A stretch of 13,947 nucleotides of DNA, taken from positions 1 through 13,947 of the forward strand of contig JBQTGV010000172.1 of assembly GCA_052390515.1 (NCBI GenBank), read 5' to 3'. The stretch's first letter is position 1. The number at the start of each line of letters is the position of its first letter. The notes under the pieces were generated by a model, which was not told where the DNA came from, searched no databases, and worked only from the letters and a program-made list of their open reading frames with translations. Positions 7,929-13,947 of this stretch are shown piece by piece. The position numbers and the translations under genes were made by a program. This DNA comes from Candidatus Eiseniibacteriota bacterium. GTDB taxonomy: Bacteria > ARS69.

Positions 7929-8030
7929 AGCGCCCCGACGCCGGCTTCAAGAAATCCGGCCGCCGGGACGATGATCCGGGGACCGGGACACGGAAGCGGA
8001 GGTCCCGGCGGGTTCGAGGGCCGCGAACGC

Positions 8031-8039
8031 TGCTATAAT
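8031..8039 (+). promoter_or_regulatory. Extended -10 promoter element TGCTATAAT upstream of clpC
   Basis: A perfect TGnTATAAT in GC-rich DNA, located in the 147-nt mcsB-clpC gap and ending 36 nt before the clpC ATG. Confidence 0.7.
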
Positions 8040-8075
8040 CTGGTACGGAGGCCGTGTGACGGGAGGGGAGCTCGC

Positions 8076-10568
8076 ATGCAAGACCGCTTCACGGAGCGCG
8101 TCCGCAAGGTGATGTACCTCGCCCGCGAGGAAGCGGGCCGGTTGCATCACGACTACATCGGCACGGAGCATCTCCTTCTCGGGATCATCCGGGAGGGCGA
8201 AGGCATCGCCGCCACGGTCCTCAACAACCTCGGGCTGGACCTCGACACCATCCGGCAGTCGATCGAGAACATGGTGCCCACTTCGGGCGGCACGCTCACG
8301 ATCGGCGAGATCCCCTTCACGCCACGGGCGAAACGGGTGCTGGAGCTCTCCGTCGAGGAGGCCCGCCTCTTCGGGCACAATTACGTGGGCACGGAGCACC
8401 TGCTCCTGGGCCTCATCCGCGAAGGCGAAGGGGTGGCCGCGCGCGTTCTCATGGAGCTCGGGGCCGACCGCAAGCGCGTGCGGGAGGAGACCCTCAAGCT
8501 GCTGGGAGGCAGCTCCCAGGGCGGTGGGGCGCAGAAATCGGAGAAGAAGAGCGAGACGCCGGCGCTGGATCAGTTCGGGCGGGACCTCACCCAGCTCGCG
8601 ATCGAGGGCAAGCTCGATCCGGTCATCGGGCGGGAGGACGAGATCGAGCGCGTCATCCAGGTCCTCTGCCGGCGCAAGAAGAACAACCCGGTGCTGATCG
8701 GGGAACCCGGCGTCGGCAAGACCGCGCTGGTGGAGGGCCTCGCGCAGAAGATCGTCGACAACAAGGCCGCCGAGCCACTCAAGGACAAGCGCCTGCTGAC
8801 GCTGGACCTCGCCTCGGTCGTGGCCGGGACGAAGTACCGCGGGCAGTTCGAGGAGCGGCTCAAGGCCGTGATGAACGAGATCCGCGAGTCCGAGAACGTG
8901 ATCATCTTCATCGACGAGCTGCACACCATCGTCGGCGCCGGCGGCGCCGAGGGCGCCATCGACGCGTCCAACATGCTGAAACCGGCGCTCGCGCGCGGTG
9001 AACTGCAATGCATCGGCGCGACGACGCTCGACGAGTACCGCAAATACATCGAGAAGGACGGCGCGTTGGAGCGCCGCTTCCAGCCGATCATGGTGGAGCC
9101 GCCGACGGTCGAGGAGACCATCCAGATCATCAAAGGCCTTCGCGACAAGTACGAAGTGCACCACGGCGTGAAGATCACCGACGAGGCGATCGACCAAGCC
9201 ACGCGGCTCTCCGAGCGCTACATGTCCGACCGCTTCCTGCCGGACAAGGCGATCGACGTGATCGACGAGGCCGGCTCCCGTGCGCGCCTCAGCGTGTCGG
9301 CCATCCCATCAGAGATCCGGGACCTGGAGCGCGAGCTCGAGCAGGTCACCAAGGACAAGGAGTCCGCCATCCAGTCGCAGGAGTTCGAGAAGGCGGCGCA
9401 GTTCCGTGATACGGAGAAGAACTTGCGCCGGCGCCTGCGGGAGATCCACAAGAACTGGCGCGAGTCCAAGGAGCAGGTGCGTGCCGTCGTGGACGGGGAG
9501 GCCGTCGCCCGGGTCGTGTCCATGATGGTGGGCATCCCCGTCGTGCGCATCGAGGAAGAGGAGTCGCAGAAGCTCCTGCGCATGGAGGACGAGCTGCGCA
9601 CGCGCGTGGTGGGTCAGGAAGAGGCGCTCCGGGCGGTGTCCAAGGCGATCCGCCGGAGCCGCGCCGGCCTCAAGGATCCCAAGCGGCCCATCGGCTCGTT
9701 CATCTTCCTCGGCCCGACCGGGGTGGGCAAGACCGAGCTGGCCCGCGCTCTCGCCGAGTTCCTGTTCGAGGATGAGGCCGCCCTGATCCGCGTGGACATG
9801 TCCGAATACATGGAAAAGTTCGCCGTGTCGCGGCTCGTCGGCGCTCCCCCGGGATACGTGGGCTACGAAGAGGGCGGACAGCTGACCGAGAAGGTCCGCC
9901 GCAAGCCCTACAGCGTCGTGCTGCTCGACGAGATCGAGAAGGCCCACCCCGACGTGTTCAACATCCTGCTGCAGGTGTTGGACGACGGGCAGCTGACCGA
10001 CAGCTACGGGCGTCGGGTGGACTTCAAGAACACCGTCCTGATCATGACGTCCAACGTGGGGACGCGGAAGATCAAGTCCGGCACGATGCTCGGCTTCGGG
10101 GCGAAGGACGACGAGACGTCGAGCTCCGAGCGCATCGAAGGCAAGCTCATGGAGGAAGTCCGCAAGACGTTCAGCCCGGAGTTCCTCGGACGCGTGGACG
10201 AGATCCTGATCTTCGAGGCGCTGGGCCGCGAGCAGGTGAGCAAGATCGTCGACATCCTCATGGGTCACTCGATGGAGCGCCTCGCCGAGCAGCGCATCAA
10301 GATCAAGCTGTCCGACGCGGCCAAGGACTACATCATCGAGAAGGGCTTCGACCGCGCGGCTGGCGCGCGACCGCTGCGGCGCACGATCCAGCGTCTCATC
10401 GAGGATCCGCTGTCCGACGAGATGCTGCGCGGGACCTTCGGCGAAGGCGACACGGTGAAGATCGACTACACCGGCGGCGAGACGCTGGCGTTCGAGAAGG
10501 TCTCCACGCGGAAGCGGAAGACGCCGAGCGCGGCGGACTCCGCCGAGCAGGTGGCCACCGAAAGCTGA
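8076..10568 (+). CDS. clpC: ATP-dependent Clp protease ATP-binding subunit ClpC, 830 aa
   Basis: The start is placed at ATG 8076 (SD GGGAGGGGAG 8061-8070; [12 protein letters not shown]). Features are two Clp N repeats ([18 protein letters not shown]), Walker A motifs GEPGVGKT and GPTGVGKT, a short UVR-type middle domain ([11 protein letters not shown]), GAPPGYVGY and a ClpP-docking LGF loop. Confidence 0.97.
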   Translation: MQDRFTERVRKVMYLAREEAGRLHHDYIGTEHLLLGIIREGEGIAATVLNNLGLDLDTIRQSIENMVPTSGGTLTIGEIPFTPRAKRVLELSVEEARLFGHNYVGTEHLLLGLIREGEGVAARVLMELGADRKRVREETLKLLGGSSQGGGAQKSEKKSETPALDQFGRDLTQLAIEGKLDPVIGREDEIERVIQVLCRRKKNNPVLIGEPGVGKTALVEGLAQKIVDNKAAEPLKDKRLLTLDLASVVAGTKYRGQFEERLKAVMNEIRESENVIIFIDELHTIVGAGGAEGAIDASNMLKPALARGELQCIGATTLDEYRKYIEKDGALERRFQPIMVEPPTVEETIQIIKGLRDKYEVHHGVKITDEAIDQATRLSERYMSDRFLPDKAIDVIDEAGSRARLSVSAIPSEIRDLERELEQVTKDKESAIQSQEFEKAAQFRDTEKNLRRRLREIHKNWRESKEQVRAVVDGEAVARVVSMMVGIPVVRIEEEESQKLLRMEDELRTRVVGQEEALRAVSKAIRRSRAGLKDPKRPIGSFIFLGPTGVGKTELARALAEFLFEDEAALIRVDMSEYMEKFAVSRLVGAPPGYVGYEEGGQLTEKVRRKPYSVVLLDEIEKAHPDVFNILLQVLDDGQLTDSYGRRVDFKNTVLIMTSNVGTRKIKSGTMLGFGAKDDETSSSERIEGKLMEEVRKTFSPEFLGRVDEILIFEALGREQVSKIVDILMGHSMERLAEQRIKIKLSDAAKDYIIEKGFDRAAGARPLRRTIQRLIEDPLSDEMLRGTFGEGDTVKIDYTGGETLAFEKVSTRKRKTPSAADSAEQVATES

Positions 10569-10633
10569 CCGGGCGGCGGCAGGGCGGAGAACCGCCCGGC
10601 GTCGCACCGCGGCCGCCCCCTCCGCGCGGCCGC
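10569..10633 (+). terminator. Tandem GC-rich hairpins after clpC (possible pause, terminator or 3'-stabilising structure; no U-tract)
   Basis: GGGCGG-AGAA-CCGCCC at 10582-10597, and GCGGCCGC-N9-GCGGCCGC at 10609-10633. Confidence 0.35.
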
Positions 10634-10650
10634 ACCCCCCTGGAAACTGC

Positions 10651-10679
10651 TTCCGAGCGCCCGGCGCGGGTGCTAGGCT
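10651..10679 (+). promoter_or_regulatory. Candidate sigma70-type promoter for bamA: TTCCGA-N17-TAGGCT with extended TG
   Basis: TGCTAGGCT at 10671-10679, with TTCCGA at 10651-10656 at 17-nt spacing. It ends 31 nt before the bamA ATG. Confidence 0.5.
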
Positions 10680-10710
10680 GCTCGGCCGACCTCGAGGGGA
10701 GACGCGGAGG

Positions 10711-13014
10711 ATGGATCCCAGCACGCTTTCGTGGCGGTCCGCCGCGGCGGTTCTGCCTTGGCTGGTCGCCGCGGTCCTGGGCGTCGCCGCCGCCGATCCC
10801 GCCGCCGCCGCCGAGACGGTCGCCGTGGTGCGCGTCGTCGGGAACGAGAAGGCCGAAGACCGCCTCGTTTTCCAGGCGTTCGGCATCAGCGCGGGCGACG
10901 TCTACCAGATCGATCGCGTCCGTCAAGGCATCCGCAACCTGTACCGGCAGGGGCTCTTCGAGGACGTCGCCGTGGAAGCGGAGACGACGCCCGAGGGGCT
11001 CGTGCTGACCGTGCGCGTCCGCGAGAACCCCACCCTGCTGCGCGTCCGCTACGACGGCGCCGACAAGCTCGACGAGAAAGACTTCCAGGAAGTCGTCGAG
11101 CTCGTGCCGGGCCAGGTCGTGTCGTCTCGCGACATCGAGCAGGCCCGACGCGACATCCTCGAGCTCTACGAGGAGAAGGGGTACCTGCACGCCGAGGTGG
11201 AGCCGGAGTCGCGCGGCGAGCGCAACGCGGACCTGGTCTACCGCATCCGGGAGGGCAAGAAGGTGCAGGTCGAGGAGATCCGTTTCTCGGGGAACACCGC
11301 GGTCTCCGCCGACGACCTGCGCGACGTGATGGAGACGAGGGAGGACCGCTGGTACCGCGGCGCCGACTTCAAGAAGGACGTGTTCGAGGAGGACAAGAAG
11401 CGTCTCGTGTCGCGCATGGGCCAGGAGGGGTATGTGGACGCACGCGTGACCGACGTGCAGAAGTCCTTCGACGAGACGAAGGAGGAGCTGTACTTGGACA
11501 TCTCCGTCGTCGAGGGAGCGCTGTATCGCGTGGGCAGCATCGGGCTCGACCACGGTGGCGTGGTCCCGGAGGAGCGCCTGCGCGCCGCCATCCTCATCGC
11601 CGAAGGCGAGCCCTTCAACACGGTGCTGTTCGAGGAGAGCCAAGCGAACCTCTACACCGCCCTCCAGGAGCAGGGGTACATCTACTGCCACCTGGATGCG
11701 GTGCGCACTCCCCGCGAGGACAACGTCATCGACGTGGACTTCCGCGTCACCGAACGCGAGCCGGCTCGCATCAGCCGCATCCTGATCACCGGCAACACCA
11801 AGACGAAGGAGCGGGTCATCCGTCGCGAGCTGCAGACCTCGCCGGGGGACGTGTTCAAGCGCTCGGAGGTGCTGCGCAGCCAGCGCGAGGTGTTCCAGCT
11901 CGGGTTCTTCGACGACGTGCAGTTGGACAGTCGTACCGCCGACCGCGAGAGCGGGGCGATCGACCTGATGATCGACGTCAAGGAGCGGACCACCGGGACC
12001 GCCAGCGTCGGAGCGGGAGTGAACTCGACGTCGGGTCTGACCGGCTTCGTGCAGCTCTCTCAGAACAACTTCCTGGGGCGCGGGCAGGTCGTCTCGGTGC
12101 GGGGCGAGTTCGGCCGCTTCCGTGAGCTGGAGCTCTCCTACACGGAACCGTGGCTGTTCGGCACGCCGACGAGCGCCGGGTTCGACATCTACGACACGCG
12201 CCGCCGATTCAGCGAGTTCGTGGAGAAGCGCCGCGGCGGCGGGCTGCGGGTCGGCCGGCCGTTCCCCTGGCTCGACTACACCCGCATCTCGGCCAGCTAC
12301 ACGCTGGCCAACTACGTGATCGAGGCCGAGCCCGGCTACGAGGATCAGATCGGCGATTTCGATGCGGACACCGGGCTGCGCACCGGCCGCAGCGAGGACC
12401 TGATCTCCGCCGTGTCCGCCGTTCTCGCGCGCAACTCGGTGGACAGCCCGTTCTTTCCCACGCGGGGATCGAGCACCCGGCTCATGAACGAGTACGGCGG
12501 CGGCATCCTCCAGGGCGACCAGCACTATAATCTGCTGACCCTGTCCACCACGTCGTACTTCCGCACCATCGACAAGTTCGTGCTGTCGTTGCACGGGGAG
12601 GCCGGTGTGCTCAACGGCATCGATCGCGCGGACGAGGTGCCGTTCTGGAAGCGCTTCCGTCTCGGCGGCATCTCCCGCTACGCCCTTCGCGGCTACGAGG
12701 ACTTCGACGTGGTGCCCGACGAGCAGCTCTCCTCGACGGGCGGCCGCTCGATGATGATCATGACCGCGGAGGTCCGCTATCCGGTCGTGCAGGCGGTGCA
12801 GGCCCTGGCCTTCTTCGACGCCGGCAATACCTGGGAGAGCCCGATGAAGAGCGACGTGACCGACCTGAAGCGCGGCGCGGGCTTCGGGATTCGCATCGAC
12901 GTGCCCATGGTGGGTCAACTCGGATTCGACTACGGATACGGATTCGATCGATCGGAACTGCAAGGAGGTCCGGGATGGGAGTTCCACTTCCAGATCGGCG
13001 GGGTCTCGTTCTAG
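10711..13014 (+). CDS. bamA: Outer membrane protein assembly factor BamA (Omp85)
   Basis: Signal peptide, POTRA repeats (VRVVGN, IRFSGN, ILITGNTKTKERVIRRE..LGFF), barrel start QNNFLGRGQ, YTEPWLFG, loop-6 LRGY motif, FFDAGN and a C-terminal FHFQIGGVSF. Confidence 0.97.
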   Translation: MDPSTLSWRSAAAVLPWLVAAVLGVAAADPAAAAETVAVVRVVGNEKAEDRLVFQAFGISAGDVYQIDRVRQGIRNLYRQGLFEDVAVEAETTPEGLVLTVRVRENPTLLRVRYDGADKLDEKDFQEVVELVPGQVVSSRDIEQARRDILELYEEKGYLHAEVEPESRGERNADLVYRIREGKKVQVEEIRFSGNTAVSADDLRDVMETREDRWYRGADFKKDVFEEDKKRLVSRMGQEGYVDARVTDVQKSFDETKEELYLDISVVEGALYRVGSIGLDHGGVVPEERLRAAILIAEGEPFNTVLFEESQANLYTALQEQGYIYCHLDAVRTPREDNVIDVDFRVTEREPARISRILITGNTKTKERVIRRELQTSPGDVFKRSEVLRSQREVFQLGFFDDVQLDSRTADRESGAIDLMIDVKERTTGTASVGAGVNSTSGLTGFVQLSQNNFLGRGQVVSVRGEFGRFRELELSYTEPWLFGTPTSAGFDIYDTRRRFSEFVEKRRGGGLRVGRPFPWLDYTRISASYTLANYVIEAEPGYEDQIGDFDADTGLRTGRSEDLISAVSAVLARNSVDSPFFPTRGSSTRLMNEYGGGILQGDQHYNLLTLSTTSYFRTIDKFVLSLHGEAGVLNGIDRADEVPFWKRFRLGGISRYALRGYEDFDVVPDEQLSSTGGRSMMIMTAEVRYPVVQAVQALAFFDAGNTWESPMKSDVTDLKRGAGFGIRIDVPMVGQLGFDYGYGFDRSELQGGPGWEFHFQIGGVSF

Positions 13015-13586
13015 CCCTGATCGCGGCAGGCCCGCTCGCCTTGTCGCCGGGGGACGCCTGCGCCGAGGGGATCGGAGTCGTCGATTTCCAGCTGATCTTC
13101 GAGAGGTACGAGGGATACGAGGACGCGCAGCGCACGTTCGAGCGCGAGTACGCGGAGTGGGAGGATCAGGCCAAGGACATGCGCTCGGCCATCGACCAGC
13201 TGCAGCAGGAGATCGAGAGCCAGCGGCTGATGCTCTCCGAGGAGAGGCTGCGCGAGAAGGAGGACGAGCTGCGCAGGTTGCGGGAGGAGTACGAGAATTT
13301 CGCCCAGGACATCTGGTCCGTGACCGGCAAGGCGGCGAAGCGCAACGCCGAGCTGACGCGGCCCCTCTCGGAGAAGATCCGCGAGGTCGTCGCGCGCCTC
13401 GGCGAGGAAAAGGGGCTGGACCTCGTGCTCGACGCGGGCACCGGAGGCGTGGTCTGGGCGAAGGACGACGTGAACCTGACGCAGCTCGTGCTCGACGATC
13501 TGGCGCTCACCGTCGAGGGGAGGACGCCGACCCCTCCCGCGAACACCGGCGAGGGCGAAGGAGAGCGCGAGGGCGAGCAGGAGTGA
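12975..13586 (+). CDS. skp: Periplasmic OMP chaperone Skp/OmpH
   Basis: Strong SD AAGGAGGT at 12962-12969. Signal peptide (RRGLVLALIAAGPLAL..ACA), IGVVDFQLIF, coiled-coil body, GLDLVLD and VNLTQLVL. It sits between bamA and lpxD. Confidence 0.92.
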   Translation: MGVPLPDRRGLVLALIAAGPLALSPGDACAEGIGVVDFQLIFERYEGYEDAQRTFEREYAEWEDQAKDMRSAIDQLQQEIESQRLMLSEERLREKEDELRRLREEYENFAQDIWSVTGKAAKRNAELTRPLSEKIREVVARLGEEKGLDLVLDAGTGGVVWAKDDVNLTQLVLDDLALTVEGRTPTPPANTGEGEGEREGEQE

Positions 13587-13947
13587 GCGGCACGACGTAT
13601 GCGCTCCGGGAGATCGCCGAGCAGGCCGGCGGAACCCTCGAGGGACCGGACGACCTCCCCATTCACGGCGTCGCGCCGATCGAGGAGGCCGTCGCCGGGC
13701 AGCTGACCTTCGTCGCGCATCCGCGTTACCTCGGCGCCGTGGCGACGACGGCGGCCAGCGCCATCCTCGCTCCGCCGGGCGTGAGCTGCCCGCAGCATCT
13801 CGCCGTCATCCGGACGGCCGATCCGTATGCGGCCCTGCAGCGTGTGCTGCAGCTCTTCGCCCCCGCGCCTGCAGTGCGCTCCTCCGGTGTGCACGCGCTC
13901 GCGCTCGTCTCGGAGGGCGCGCGCCTCGAGCCGGGCGTCGGCGTCGG
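13583..13947 (+). CDS. lpxD: UDP-3-O-(3-hydroxyacyl)glucosamine N-acyltransferase LpxD (3'-truncated by window edge; absent from the ORF track)
   Basis: GTG 13583 overlaps the skp TGA. Manual translation gives MSGTTYALREIAEQAGGTLEGPDDLPIHGVAPIEEAVAGQLTFVAHPRY...ADPYAALQRVLQLF...GVHALALVSEGARLEPGVGV. This matches the LpxD N-terminal domain and the start of the hexapeptide repeats, in canonical bamA-skp-lpxD order. Confidence 0.92.
   Translation, partial: MSGTTYALREIAEQAGGTLEGPDDLPIHGVAPIEEAVAGQLTFVAHPRYLGAVATTAASAILAPPGVSCPQHLAVIRTADPYAALQRVLQLFAPAPAVRSSGVHALALVSEGARLEPGVGV

Noticed and set aside
7971..8075. 35-aa N-terminal extension of ClpC from ATG 7971
   Set aside because: The conserved ClpC N-terminus and a strong SD point to ATG 8076. 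The extension would also span the likely promoter.
10642..10676. GGAAAC as a sigmaE-like -35, and GGGTGCTAG as a CIRCE half-site, upstream of bamA
   Set aside because: There is no matching sigmaE -10 at the right spacing and no left CIRCE arm. TGCTAG is better explained as an extended -10.
10785..10812. GCC trinucleotide runs near the bamA 5' end
   Set aside because: They encode the Ala-rich signal peptide. They are short and in-frame, so not a contingency repeat.
450..12987. Many long minus-strand ORFs (e.g. 450..1634, 2771..4432, 4093..5907, 9309..10886, 10396..12987)
   Set aside because: They are antisense shadows of well-identified + strand genes, expected from strong GC3 bias. They show no recognisable motifs.
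1..13947. CRISPR arrays, tRNA/rRNA genes, IS elements, prophage or defence genes
   Set aside because: Housekeeping CDSs cover almost the whole window. The only gaps are 12, 32, 147 and 142 nt, and none shows such structures.

Overview
This is a high-GC (roughly 70% by eye) bacterial chromosomal window of housekeeping genes, all on the + strand: polA (3' part), coaE, prfB (with a +1 programmed frameshift), lysS, lolC/E, lolD, mcsA, mcsB, clpC, bamA, skp/ompH and lpxD (5' part). The Lol, Bam and Lpx genes indicate a diderm, LPS-producing organism. The gene order recalls Gemmatimonadota or related candidate phyla, but this is inference only. I see no mobile elements, CRISPR arrays or RNA genes. 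The main points of interest are: (1) a McsA-McsB-ClpC protein-arginine-phosphorylation module with no adjacent ctsR, embedded in and overlap-coupled to outer-membrane biogenesis genes; (2) a McsB whose regulatory residues have diverged; (3) a likely internal extended -10 promoter with a palindrome in front of clpC; (4) a Pol I with Tyr at the E. coli F762-equivalent position; and (5) a 40-nt dual-coded bamA/skp overlap.
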